A stretch of DNA of 46,955 bases, taken from the UHGV virus genome UHGV-2105699. One strand, written 5' to 3'. Both the position numbers and the translations under genes were made by a program. Source of the DNA: a virus. Below are positions 25,366 through 35,069 of the stretch, piece by piece; positions within the stretch are counted from its first letter, which is position 1, and the number at the start of each line of letters is the position of its first letter. The notes under the pieces are model-generated. The model ran no database searches, was not told where the DNA came from, and saw only the letters and a program-made list of their open reading frames with translations.

Positions 25366-27793
25366 TGTTCCTACTGGCACTAATCTGTGGAGATGGCTGG
25401 AGAATTCCGGTCTTCCATCTGACATCAGGATTGCACTGAATGGCAGCATTTTTGGCCCTGATGATGAATTGTCGATATCGTTAAAGCAAAACGATATTGT
25501 TAACATTTACTGTCAGCCTCGCGGCGCCATTGGCGACCTTATCAGCACGATACTCAAGCCTGTAACTAAGGTTCTTTCTTTTCTGCTGCCAAAAGCATCA
25601 ACGCCATCAACCAGCACTGGCACGACGGTTGAATCACCCAATAACAGCCTGAAATCGCAAACCAATATTGCGCGAAATGGAGAGGCAAGACCTGACAACT
25701 TCGGTCAGATAAGGGCATTCCCTGACCTGATTCAGGAATCGCTTTTTGAATACATTGACGATCTGAAGTACGTCACTGAGTTCATGAACTTTGGCCTTGG
25801 GAAATACACCATTTCATCGGTTCGCTATGCGGAAACTAATCTTGGTTCTCTACCCGGCGCTACTCATGTCATTTACAATCCTGGTGACGTGATTGGACAA
25901 ATCATTGAGCCTTACCAGTTCGACGGTCTTGATGGTCAGGAGGTTCCAGGACTGAACGAATCAGAAGATACGCCGATAGAGACAGCGACCACGACATCTG
26001 TTACCAGTGGTGATTATGCTGGCGGACAGTTGTTGATGGTCATACCAAAAAACACTGATTTCGATTACTTTATGGGTTTGTCTTTGCCGCACTCTGTGTC
26101 ATTAACAATAAATATTACCTACAACTCGACATCCGGGCCAGTTACTGAAAACATTCAGCTTAGTGGCAACATCATTTCAGCTGAGGAAACTGAGACAGGC
26201 GTCATTCCTGATACTCAGTATTTCTATAATTTCACCTTCAATAACATGACTGGCGCAAATCTTGGCAACCTGACAGGCGCAACCATCAACAATACTTATT
26301 TCCAGATTGTGGATAATGAGGCGCTTGTTGTTGGTCCATATGTTGGAGCCGTGGAATCGACGCAGGTATGGGTTCACGTTCAATCGGAGCTTGGTCCTAC
26401 CAGTGGCACGGCGGATTATCTGATCAAGGTATGGGCGGTTGATGATAATGGGGATGCCATTCCAGGAACCGAGGAGCAGCTCGCAGACAGTATTGACAAC
26501 CCATTTAATCAGACAACAAAAACCTATTATCGCACGTATAAGTTAACTCCTGCTTATGGGATGGCTAAGTATGCCATCAGCATTGAAAGAACAAACAACT
26601 CAAACTCTGGCAACCGCGTAACGTTGCAGGCGGCGCACGCTATCAACATCCGCGAGAATGTGGTTTATCCTGATGACACCCTTGTTAAAGTGACGGTGAA
26701 GGCCACGCTTCAGCCCACATCAGTTACTGAGCGTAAATATAACGCGCTGATCACCCGCTGGACTATTGGATACAACAGAACCACCGGGACAGTCGACTAT
26801 ACGTTAACGCCATCAAGAAGTTTTGCAGATTCAGTGCTGCATAACTGGCTTATTACTTCTGGTCAGCCTGAAAGCACCATTGATGTGGGAAGGCTCTATG
26901 AAATAGCTGATGCGTTGCCTGATGAGCGTCTTGGGTATTTTGATTACACATTTGATGATGAGGATAAATCGATCGGTGAACGAATTCAGACCATCTGCGA
27001 TGCAGCTCGCGTGACGGTATTTTGGGATGATGGTGTTTTATCGTTTTCAAGAGATGAGCAAAAATCAACCCCTGAAACCGTGTTCAATACCAGAAACACA
27101 CAGGCCGATGGCTATAAAATGTCTTATGACATGACTTTGCCGGGATCATATGATGGCGTGAGTGTTCAGTACCGCGACCCAAACACCAACAAACAGGCTT
27201 ACGTTTATTATAAAATTGGCACTTCTGGTATAGAGCCGGGAGAGCCAACTAAGCCAAAAAAATTCGACATGCTATACGTTCGAAATCTGTACCAGGCAAC
27301 AGACCGGGCTATACTTGAGTGCAATCGCCTGATGTACTCACGTCGCGGAATGGAGATAAAAGCGCTTGCTGATGGCGAGTGGGTGAACGTTGGCGATATG
27401 ATTTCTGTTGTCGACATTTATGATTCTGTACAGCAAACAGGTGTTATCCGTTCAAGGTCTGGAAGCGTATTTACCACCAGTGAACAGCTCACAGCGGGAA
27501 GCGGTCTGTTTGTGGTCATTACCGGCGCCAATGGGAATGTATCAGAGCGTCTGGCCTGCACTATTACCGGTTTGAACACGTTCGAGTGCGCATTACCATC
27601 TGATTTCGAGTTAAACATTTTTGACGGTGTTAATGTTCAGTCAGAATCAAGATATGCCATCTCCACAGAGGTTGAGCTTGATTCAACATTATGGACAGTC
27701 AGCCAGAAAACTCCAGGCACAGATGGTACAGTCTCACTTACTGTAACTGAGTACAATGATGCCATGTACGCCTACACCAACCCTGTTGCATGA
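25313..27793 (+). CDS. tail tip protein, lambda J-like with N-terminal I-like (ubiquitin-like) segment
   Basis: 826 aa following K-like gene; N-terminal ~90 aa resembles tail assembly protein I; large beta-rich central fiber/tip region. Confidence 0.65.
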   Translation: MPVIHIQKMPGVPKETGNVPTGTNLWRWLENSGLPSDIRIALNGSIFGPDDELSISLKQNDIVNIYCQPRGAIGDLISTILKPVTKVLSFLLPKASTPSTSTGTTVESPNNSLKSQTNIARNGEARPDNFGQIRAFPDLIQESLFEYIDDLKYVTEFMNFGLGKYTISSVRYAETNLGSLPGATHVIYNPGDVIGQIIEPYQFDGLDGQEVPGLNESEDTPIETATTTSVTSGDYAGGQLLMVIPKNTDFDYFMGLSLPHSVSLTINITYNSTSGPVTENIQLSGNIISAEETETGVIPDTQYFYNFTFNNMTGANLGNLTGATINNTYFQIVDNEALVVGPYVGAVESTQVWVHVQSELGPTSGTADYLIKVWAVDDNGDAIPGTEEQLADSIDNPFNQTTKTYYRTYKLTPAYGMAKYAISIERTNNSNSGNRVTLQAAHAINIRENVVYPDDTLVKVTVKATLQPTSVTERKYNALITRWTIGYNRTTGTVDYTLTPSRSFADSVLHNWLITSGQPESTIDVGRLYEIADALPDERLGYFDYTFDDEDKSIGERIQTICDAARVTVFWDDGVLSFSRDEQKSTPETVFNTRNTQADGYKMSYDMTLPGSYDGVSVQYRDPNTNKQAYVYYKIGTSGIEPGEPTKPKKFDMLYVRNLYQATDRAILECNRLMYSRRGMEIKALADGEWVNVGDMISVVDIYDSVQQTGVIRSRSGSVFTTSEQLTAGSGLFVVITGANGNVSERLACTITGLNTFECALPSDFELNIFDGVNVQSESRYAISTEVELDSTLWTVSQKTPGTDGTVSLTVTEYNDAMYAYTNPVA

Positions 27794-27822
27794 TACAATA
27801 GGGCAATTAATGATTATGGAGA

Positions 27823-29988
27823 TTGCAGCCGATGGCTACTACCCCAACTAACAAGCCAATTCCTTCTGAAGACCCGCGCGACCTCAAGTTTAACGCCGGT
27901 AAGATTGATGAAGAGGTTAACGGAAGTTCTGATTACTACACCGACCGATTTGACGCACAGAGGCTGACTAATACCGGCAGGAATCACCAGTTTCAGACAG
28001 CACAAGATGAGCGTGAGGCAGAATTTGTTGCGTCACAGGTGGATAAAGAAGCGCGTTTTCAGCAATTCCTCTTAAATTCTGGTTATCAGTTTTTGGGAGA
28101 TTATGAAAATGGGCCATATACAATAACGGCGCTTAACCAGGTAATTCGTTATCAGGGTGAATTCTGGCGCTTAAACGCATCAACAACACCTCCATATACA
28201 ACTACAGGGATTGATAACACCTCTTGGGCGGTAGATGTGACCCATCTTGTAAGCGTTGGTGATGCAAAATTAAGACAGGATTTAAGTTCAACTACTTTGC
28301 CTGGTTTATCATTAGTCGGTCTTTCTGGTAATGGTAATTTAAACCATCTGCTAGGCAATCATACCTCTCCTGAGGCGTGGGGAGTGGTGCCAAATTCAGA
28401 AGCATCAGCTCATGCAAACTCTAGAAAGATGTTTGACATGTTTGAAAGTTTAAGATCGAAAGGCGGCGGTGTCGTATTCTTTACTCCTGGTAGAACATAC
28501 TGGATTGACTTTATTCAGTTCGTACCAAGTAACGTTGTTATAATTGGCTACGGCGCTACATTAAAGCAAATAAACCCTTTATCAATGTATGGACGCGGTG
28601 GTTTTGTGTTTGGTAGCAGTAGGGAATGGAACTATCAAAAAGCTAAAACGGCATATCTTGCAAACTCCTACCCTGCATCTGTATCTGATTCATCAATGCC
28701 TGAGTTGTCTTTAGGTTCATATTTAAGGGATAACCAATCATATTTACAGTGTGAAAGATGTACTGTGTATGGTTTGCGTATGGAAACAAAATTTACAGAT
28801 TCTACATATTGGGGTGGTTATGCATTTAATACAGTAAACGCGCAACACATCAGATTTTACGATGTTAAAGGAAGTGGTTGGACACAGCTATTCAATTTCG
28901 GTAATGATAGTTCCGCATCATCACCATCTTGTGATGATGTATATGCATTCAACTCAACAGTAGAAAGCGCAGATCTTGTTCGTTCTTACTATGCGATTGG
29001 TTTTATAGCCAACTCTACAAACTGTGGCTTTGATACAGCTGTTCTTCTAAAACCAATGACAGTTGATAGCATTAATGGGTCTGGTGCAGCAACAAACTAC
29101 ACTGAAAACTGCGTAATCAGAAATATAAACATACCAGATTTAGGGTTAACTTCATCATCTGAAGGTGTTTTATTAAATAACTCTAAAGGTTGTTTAATAG
29201 AAAATATTGATATCAGGAATTGTAAAAACGTAGTTAGTACATACTATACCGTCGCTTCATACAATGACACTGCAAAACCTAATATTTTAAGGAATATTAG
29301 TGGTCAAGGCGTTAACATTATAGCAATCAGGTCTAAATATGCACACATTGAATCATTTGAAGTAGTAGGTACATACACGAATGAAGTTCAATTTGCAAAC
29401 AACAATGCATCAGGCAATACCATAAATAAAAAACCAAAATCAATTGGTTTTGGTGGGACTAACTTACAGTCATGGTTTTTAACAAATAATACGGTAAAAG
29501 GATGGTCGCGAAAATATTTTTATATTCGGCCATCCGAAATTTTGTTGAACGATAAAGTAGACACTTTTTCATGGGATTATAATAAACTTGTCGCAACAAA
29601 ATCAGGAGTAAATCTTTACTTTATGTGGCGAGTTCCTGACGATATAAATGCAATTGATGATATTCGCGCTTTTATTAGATTTAACACTGCCGTAGATCAA
29701 GATGCTTCTGTTGCTGGATCTACAGTAGAGGCAAGTTTGATACAAATGGTCGCTTTCGATGGTAACATTGGCGAAACACCATATGTTGCTTTTTCAAACA
29801 GCAAGGTTGCAACAGCGGGTGTAGAAGACACAACGGTAGTAACGCAAATGGGTAGCAATGTACCAGGTTTGGTTTATATGGATGATACTACACATGGTTT
29901 ATCCTATAGCTGGTATGTGCTGTTTAAAATGACAAATAATGTCAACAATAACTACATGAAAGAAATCAGAGTAGCGGGGTATAACTAA
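27823..29988 (+). CDS. tail fiber / tailspike: conserved GC-normal N-terminal anchor (about 27823-28050) plus AT-rich beta-helix-like C-terminal receptor-binding/depolymerase-like domain
   Basis: 721 aa; sharp drop in GC after ~28050; repetitive N/I/V-rich beta-helix-like rungs (NCVIRNINIPDLGLTSSSEGVLLNNSKGCLIENIDIRNCKNVV). Confidence 0.6.
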   Translation: MQPMATTPTNKPIPSEDPRDLKFNAGKIDEEVNGSSDYYTDRFDAQRLTNTGRNHQFQTAQDEREAEFVASQVDKEARFQQFLLNSGYQFLGDYENGPYTITALNQVIRYQGEFWRLNASTTPPYTTTGIDNTSWAVDVTHLVSVGDAKLRQDLSSTTLPGLSLVGLSGNGNLNHLLGNHTSPEAWGVVPNSEASAHANSRKMFDMFESLRSKGGGVVFFTPGRTYWIDFIQFVPSNVVIIGYGATLKQINPLSMYGRGGFVFGSSREWNYQKAKTAYLANSYPASVSDSSMPELSLGSYLRDNQSYLQCERCTVYGLRMETKFTDSTYWGGYAFNTVNAQHIRFYDVKGSGWTQLFNFGNDSSASSPSCDDVYAFNSTVESADLVRSYYAIGFIANSTNCGFDTAVLLKPMTVDSINGSGAATNYTENCVIRNINIPDLGLTSSSEGVLLNNSKGCLIENIDIRNCKNVVSTYYTVASYNDTAKPNILRNISGQGVNIIAIRSKYAHIESFEVVGTYTNEVQFANNNASGNTINKKPKSIGFGGTNLQSWFLTNNTVKGWSRKYFYIRPSEILLNDKVDTFSWDYNKLVATKSGVNLYFMWRVPDDINAIDDIRAFIRFNTAVDQDASVAGSTVEASLIQMVAFDGNIGETPYVAFSNSKVATAGVEDTTVVTQMGSNVPGLVYMDDTTHGLSYSWYVLFKMTNNVNNNYMKEIRVAGYN

Positions 29989-30257
29989 TGACCGGTTCAG
30001 AATCAAGAAAAGCACAAGATCTCTTTTTTGGTATTATTGATTATTACGCTAATCTTTCAGGTACAGACATAACTGAAGATCAGTTGAAACAACGCGATGA
30101 AATAATAAAAAGTGGATCTATAGAATGTGATGATTCTTTAGATAGTGAAATCTTAGATTTGCAAGATCAATTTCTTGCAAAAAAAGAAAGTAACATCATA
30201 AATAAAGATCAAATAGCGATAGTTGAAAAAGCACTATCGCTATTAAAAAAATCTTAA
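29988..30257 (+). CDS. hypothetical acidic protein (89 aa), AT-rich, co-acquired with fiber distal domain
   Basis: Start overlaps fiber stop (ATGA); composition matches the AT-rich fiber C-terminus. Confidence 0.35.
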   Translation: MTGSESRKAQDLFFGIIDYYANLSGTDITEDQLKQRDEIIKSGSIECDDSLDSEILDLQDQFLAKKESNIINKDQIAIVEKALSLLKKS

Positions 30258-30273
30258 TTATCATACTGGTAGT

Positions 30274-30310
30274 AACGTGCATCTCATTTGATGCACGTTA
30301 TATTTATTTA
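30274..30310. terminator. terminator between convergent tail-fiber and SSB transcription units
   Basis: AACGTGCATC (30274-30283) pairs with GATGCACGTT (30290-30299), loop tcattt, followed by ATATTTATTT. Confidence 0.7.
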
Positions 30311-30316
30311 AATCAC

Positions 30317-30820
30317 TCAGAATGGGATATCATCATCAAAATCCATCGGCGGTTCGTTTGACGGTGGTTTTGACGTGTTTGATGGTTGCTGAGGTTTACC
30401 CAATCCTGATTGCTGATTACTTCCTGACTTTTGCCGCTGCTGTGACTGTTGGTTTCCATTATCACTTGATTTACCACCAATCATTTGCATAACGCCGTTC
30501 ATAGGCTGCAAGACGATTTCAGTAGTGTATTTTTCAACACCGCTTTGATCTGTCCATTTGCGAGTACGTAATTTTCCTTCTACATACACCTGAGAGCCTT
30601 TGCGCAGGTATTCGCCAGCTACCTCTGCCAGCTTTCCGAAGATAACAACGCGATGCCATTCGGTTTGCTCTTTCTTCTCACCTGTGGCCTTGTCATTCCA
30701 CTGTTCTGATGTTGCCAGAGAAAGATTGCACACAGCGCCGCCGGAAGGCATATATTTAACTTCCGGGTCTTGTCCGAGAGTGCCCAAAATGATTACTTTG
30801 TTGATTCCTCGAGATGCCAT
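30317..30820 (-). CDS. ssb: single-stranded DNA-binding protein
   Basis: OB-fold SSB signature ([17 protein letters not shown]...[14 protein letters not shown]) and acidic C-terminal tail ending DDDIPF. Confidence 0.9.
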   Translation of the reverse strand: MASRGINKVIILGTLGQDPEVKYMPSGGAVCNLSLATSEQWNDKATGEKKEQTEWHRVVIFGKLAEVAGEYLRKGSQVYVEGKLRTRKWTDQSGVEKYTTEIVLQPMNGVMQMIGGKSSDNGNQQSQQRQKSGSNQQSGLGKPQQPSNTSKPPSNEPPMDFDDDIPF

Positions 30821-30829
30821 AATTTACCC

Positions 30830-31492
30830 TTAAAAGTTTTCGATGTTCTGTTGAGATGTTGATGGCTTCTCTTCGTTTGCAGATGACGTAGGCGCATCTG
30901 CTTTCTGGAGTTTGGCCGGGTTGAAATCACTGCCGCCAGCAATGAATTTTGCTTTCATTTCCTGGTATGCGCCGACGATTACGCGAGTGGCAGCGTCATC
31001 ACCACGGAATGATTTGTATTCTTCACCATAAATAGCAGTAAGCTCATCCATGTTTGCTGCTGAACGAATGAGTGCAGCTGCATCTTTAGGAGACTTCCGC
31101 GCCGCATTGCCATCGTCATCAGCCTGCGCAATACCGAACATAGACGCAATAGAGTAGCGGCGCGCATACGTCATTGCTGAGCCATAACCCTGCGCGTCTT
31201 TCTTGGCAACTGGCATTGGCATGACTGAAGACATGTATTCACCAGACTCATGCATGATTGTTGTTTCCAGCTTCAAAACATCAACCGTATCGCTCTCAAT
31301 GGCGTTCTGGATGATGATAAGACCGTTAGCCTCAAGCGCTGGCCTGATGGCATTCAGGAATGACTCAAGGTTAGCATAATTGCTTTTAAGGTGCGGGTTT
31401 TGCGCATTCTTTTTAGCGCTGCTACTCATTACCTTGCGCGCCTCTACCAGAGCCTTAATCAGGTTTGCTTTCTGTTCTGAAAATTTCATCAC
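30830..31492 (-). CDS. ERF-family single-strand annealing recombinase
   Basis: GSAMTYARRYSIASMFGIAQADDDGN matches the conserved ERF core (GSA.TYARRY ... DDD). Confidence 0.6.
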   Translation of the reverse strand: MMKFSEQKANLIKALVEARKVMSSSAKKNAQNPHLKSNYANLESFLNAIRPALEANGLIIIQNAIESDTVDVLKLETTIMHESGEYMSSVMPMPVAKKDAQGYGSAMTYARRYSIASMFGIAQADDDGNAARKSPKDAAALIRSAANMDELTAIYGEEYKSFRGDDAATRVIVGAYQEMKAKFIAGGSDFNPAKLQKADAPTSSANEEKPSTSQQNIENF

Positions 31493-31512
31493 TTCACCTC
31501 ATTTACTATAAA

Positions 31513-32469
31513 TTACAGGTTAAATTGCTTTTTGAACCATTCTGGCGTTTCCATTTCGATGACCGGATTACCCATTGAGTAACCTGGCCATGAACTGGCC
31601 TTTTTGCATGCCTTATAGATTTCCATCGCGCTGCGCAGCTGAATGCGACCAATGCGTAACTGCTCATCCGTCAGACGAATCAGCGCAGGAATGAATGGAG
31701 ATTTTTTCTCCTGCACCAGAAGGTTTACCGAGCGAGGCGCATGCCCATAAGCCTCGACAAACATATCGTGTTGCATTGCCATCTTCATAAAGTACCCTAG
31801 CCGAGCAGCATGGCGGAAAAACTCATCAGGCTTGGCACTAACCGCTGTTTTGTAGTCGATGATATCGCCACCGCGAGTAAGGCAGTCAAAGCGTACTTTT
31901 GATGGCTCGCCAAGCAACTGACCGAGAATTGATACCTCAGAGTAAGCGCCAGAAAGCAGGCTGCTGTAATAGCTATTTGCATGTATTACAGCGCGCATCT
32001 GCATGATGGCGTCATAATCATTACCTTCCAACATTGATTTACCAGTAGCGGTCTTCTCTGCCTCTTCACGGATAACATCGTAAATTTGTACTGGCTCGCC
32101 AGTGGCCTGAATGATTTTAATCACTTCAGCTTTGGCCTTACCTGAAAGACCTTTGATGCCGCGCTCTTTTGCCCATGAGTTCATATCGGAAGCGGTTACC
32201 AGCACCGTGCGATTGCCATCTTTATCTTTTGGAAAATCTTCGACAACTGGCATGCGGGCATACTCTGCTTCGAAGCGCTCAGGCTCAAGCAGAGCGGTAT
32301 GGCTACCAGTACCAAATATCAGAGCCTTTGACTGCTCATCTTCTTCGTCTTTGTAGCGCCACGCTGCCGGGCAGCGGTCATAGATGTTCCACAGGCCAGA
32401 GCCGTTGATGTGCTCGGTGTCAGCGTGGTACTGCTCGTTGCTGAGTTCGTTGTTTAAATAAACTTTCAT
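31513..32469 (-). CDS. PD-(D/E)XK recombination exonuclease (exodeoxyribonuclease VIII-like domain)
   Basis: ALIFGTGSHTALLEPERFE and downstream D/E/K-containing blocks; partners ERF; strong SD AAGAGGTGA. Confidence 0.55.
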   Translation of the reverse strand: MKVYLNNELSNEQYHADTEHINGSGLWNIYDRCPAAWRYKDEEDEQSKALIFGTGSHTALLEPERFEAEYARMPVVEDFPKDKDGNRTVLVTASDMNSWAKERGIKGLSGKAKAEVIKIIQATGEPVQIYDVIREEAEKTATGKSMLEGNDYDAIMQMRAVIHANSYYSSLLSGAYSEVSILGQLLGEPSKVRFDCLTRGGDIIDYKTAVSAKPDEFFRHAARLGYFMKMAMQHDMFVEAYGHAPRSVNLLVQEKKSPFIPALIRLTDEQLRIGRIQLRSAMEIYKACKKASSWPGYSMGNPVIEMETPEWFKKQFNL

Positions 32470-32493
32470 CCATCACCTCTTTTTATTGTTAAA

Positions 32494-32521
32494 TCAATCT
32501 ACATCAAACCACGTCATTCAT
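32494..32521 (-). promoter_or_regulatory. motif copy TCAATCTACATCA (32495-32507) plus CCACGTCA variant upstream of the exonuclease gene
   Basis: Same motif family as 15039-15052 in the same orientation relative to a leftward gene. Confidence 0.35.
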
Positions 32522-32930
32522 CAAGCCCAAAATAGAATAACGTCGCCCTTTTTAACTCCTCAAGACCATAAGAAATGGCGCCAAAGTGACCCTCTGCAAT
32601 GGCGCACTCCAGAACCTCAATCTGCGATGGCGATACTTTTGATTTTGTCTTATCACGCCTCTTCAGCTCAATCAGGCCGCATTTATGATTAATGCCGTGA
32701 GTTAGTATCACATTGTCGCTTACTCCGCTCCTGACGCCCATTTTGCGGCGTTTCTCGACGAATTGAGGGCCGCTCTTTGTTCCAGTCTCGTTAGGCACAT
32801 GAAACCACAGGACTTCAGGGAATCGGTATTGCATCCACAGACCATAGGCCATCTGGTCAGTTTCCTCCCTTGGACACTCCCCGCGATAACCACTATCAAA
32901 TACCCATATTCCACTATCAAGCTGCTTCAA
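32514..32930 (-). CDS. VRR-NUC domain nuclease
   Basis: 138 aa with VRR-NUC-type core (GVSDNVILTHG...GLIELKRRDKTKSKVSPSQIEVLEC). Confidence 0.6.
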   Translation of the reverse strand: MKQLDSGIWVFDSGYRGECPREETDQMAYGLWMQYRFPEVLWFHVPNETGTKSGPQFVEKRRKMGVRSGVSDNVILTHGINHKCGLIELKRRDKTKSKVSPSQIEVLECAIAEGHFGAISYGLEELKRATLFYFGLDE

Positions 32931-33451
32931 TTTGTTCTCCTACCGTGGTTTTTATGGAATCCATGCTTAACCTCAGCTTCCGCTCTTGCTTTTGCCGCAT
33001 TATTAAAATCAACAAATAATCCAAGATAAATGTTTTTACCTTTGACTTTTATTTGAGCCATCCATTTCTTCCTGTCTGAGTTCCATGTCACACCAGTAAC
33101 TCCAGAGGAGTTATTGGTTGCGATACCTTGATTCATGCCATTCCCAAGATTATTAACTAGCCTGAGATTTTCTATTCGATTATCATCACGAACATGATTG
33201 ATGTGATCAATCTGCATACCTCCTTGTATTGGCTCGTTATGCATTTCCCATATGATTCTATGTGCACGATAAAGACCCCTGCCAATTCTGACCATTACAT
33301 AACCAAACCTTGGGCGCTTGTTGCCTGCCGCTTTATATGCAAACCTAGTATTCCAAGTAGCTGCTGACTTCTTCGTCTTAAAAGTTGAAACATTTCTCTC
33401 CTTCCATATCAGAAGGCCATTTTCATAGTAAAAATAATCATGCCAGTTCAT
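32927..33451 (-). CDS. HNH homing endonuclease with AP2 domain (copy 3 of 3)
   Basis: YRAHRIIWEMHNEP...IDHINHVRDDNRIENLRLVNN and AP2-like SGVTGVTWNSDRKKWMAQIKVKGKNIYLGLFVDFNNAAKARAEAE; ~80% nt identity to copy 1 over the HNH core. Confidence 0.8.
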   Translation of the reverse strand: MNWHDYFYYENGLLIWKERNVSTFKTKKSAATWNTRFAYKAAGNKRPRFGYVMVRIGRGLYRAHRIIWEMHNEPIQGGMQIDHINHVRDDNRIENLRLVNNLGNGMNQGIATNNSSGVTGVTWNSDRKKWMAQIKVKGKNIYLGLFVDFNNAAKARAEAEVKHGFHKNHGRRTN

Positions 33452-35069
33452 TTTTTTGTCCGAATTCTTTTCTGTGGATGATATCGCGGCCTTTATCGTT
33501 AAAACGATGCGTTATGCGTTTTGGCGCGCGGATAAGACCAGTGAACGCCATGAATGCTTTTGCGTTGTGGCAATTCATGAGGTTATCAATCATATTCCTG
33601 TCTGATACGTGGTTTAGTAATCCTTTAATCTTAAACTGATTTTTAAGGTACTTCTCCTGCCTGCCAAATGGATAGAAAACCTCACTGGCCCAGCCATCTT
33701 TGCCGTTTTCTTTCGTGATGAAGTAACGATAAACAACGCCCTTCTCATCTTTCGTTAGCTCAATCTTGAAATCCTTGACTTCAGTCCATTCATTATCCGT
33801 ATAAGCACGCTCATTGAGAGCCGCGTTAGGGTCGCGCAAAACGTGATCGCATTGACGGCAATAACGAGCTGTCGGGTCGTTTTTTGTGCCGCAACCATCA
33901 TCAAAAATACGGATGCCGTGCTTGTCGAAACCGCAGCGAATGAAGCTGAAAAACTCTTCGCAACGACCATCTGGCGACGTTGAGTCTTTACCGATGCAAC
34001 GCCGTGCATATGGGCTGTTCATCGTCTGGCATTTAGGGCATGGAACCTGCTCTCCGCTACGCTTGGCGCGCTGCGCTTCTGCTTCCTCAAGAATAGGGTC
34101 TTCGTAGAGTTGGCCAAGCTCAAACATTGTTCCCGAGAAATCGAGAACCAGATGATCTTCTTTATGATACCCGGCTTCTATGTGTTCTTTTTTAAGTAGT
34201 CGCATACCCCTGCCCAATAATTGGACAAGAAGAGTTAACGACATTATTTTCCTTAGTATGACGCTTACATCCCACAAAGGTATGTTTACACCTGTTGTTA
34301 ACGCCGCAATTTGGAATGTGTATTTTATTTTTCCAGTGTAGGCATCTTTTAGAGCCTTCCGGCGAGCTTTCATGCCCATATCTTCAGTTACTATCGCATA
34401 GCTTCCTTCTGGTAAATATTTAGCGGCTTCCAAGCAATGCTTTTTCCCGGCACATGTAATCAATACCCCGTTCCTGTTTTTGGTCAACTCCATAACCTTG
34501 AGCATGATTTTCTGTGTAAGCGTACCTTGCTCAAGGATTTCTTTCTGCATCTGCTTTAGTTGTTCGGCAGTGAAATCCTGTGTGCCATCGCTTCCTGATG
34601 CCTCAAATGCTGACAGATCGTAATGCAAATCATCAATGTCATGCAGGCCAAAAATCGTCGGCACAAGAAACCCAATATCAACAAGATATTTGGTGTCAAT
34701 GTTTACTATTTCATGTTTCCAGTAAGCACCCTTAATCGAGTCTGTGCCACGAAAGGGACTGCCTGTATATCCAATAACGATGACATCGTGACCGTATTTA
34801 GCCTTACATCTGCGGTTAAGTTCAGTCATTATTACGCCATATTGCGTTTCAGGACTTTCGCTTACCACGTCCTCCCAGTTCATCTGGTGGCAGTTATGAG
34901 CTATGAATCCGTTTGCAACAAAGTTGTGATGGGTAGGCATCTCTATATCCCACACCATCTCATCACCAATTTCATTTATTGACTCGATTACTTTTGATTT
35001 TGTATTCCACGCCATCTTCCATGTGGTCAGCAATTCTTTTAAAAAACTCATCCTGCGCTTCCTCATCAA
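33438..35069 (-). CDS. helicase C-terminal fragment carrying an N-terminal intein C-half (IntC) - C-extein begins CHQMNW (DECH motif II), contains motif VI QLLGRGMR and a C-terminal multi-Cys zinc-finger region
   Basis: ORF begins (TTG 35069 / ATG 35066 / ATG 35048 with SD GAGGAAG) with ...KVIESINEIGDEMVWDIEMPTHHNFVANGFIAHN|C = intein blocks F and G followed by +1 Cys; same reading frame as the N fragment (36518-35069 = 1449 = 3x483). Confidence 0.6.
   Translation of the reverse strand: MMRKRRMSFLKELLTTWKMAWNTKSKVIESINEIGDEMVWDIEMPTHHNFVANGFIAHNCHQMNWEDVVSESPETQYGVIMTELNRRCKAKYGHDVIVIGYTGSPFRGTDSIKGAYWKHEIVNIDTKYLVDIGFLVPTIFGLHDIDDLHYDLSAFEASGSDGTQDFTAEQLKQMQKEILEQGTLTQKIMLKVMELTKNRNGVLITCAGKKHCLEAAKYLPEGSYAIVTEDMGMKARRKALKDAYTGKIKYTFQIAALTTGVNIPLWDVSVILRKIMSLTLLVQLLGRGMRLLKKEHIEAGYHKEDHLVLDFSGTMFELGQLYEDPILEEAEAQRAKRSGEQVPCPKCQTMNSPYARRCIGKDSTSPDGRCEEFFSFIRCGFDKHGIRIFDDGCGTKNDPTARYCRQCDHVLRDPNAALNERAYTDNEWTEVKDFKIELTKDEKGVVYRYFITKENGKDGWASEVFYPFGRQEKYLKNQFKIKGLLNHVSDRNMIDNLMNCHNAKAFMAFTGLIRAPKRITHRFNDKGRDIIHRKEFGQKNELA
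34893..35015 (-). other. intein C-terminal half (about 41 aa: MAWNTKSKVIESINEIGDEMVWDIEMPTHHNFVANGFIAHN), blocks F/G
   Basis: Classic HNF..NG...HN terminal motif immediately followed by Cys (34892-34890); length and pattern comparable to naturally split IntC halves. Confidence 0.6.
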
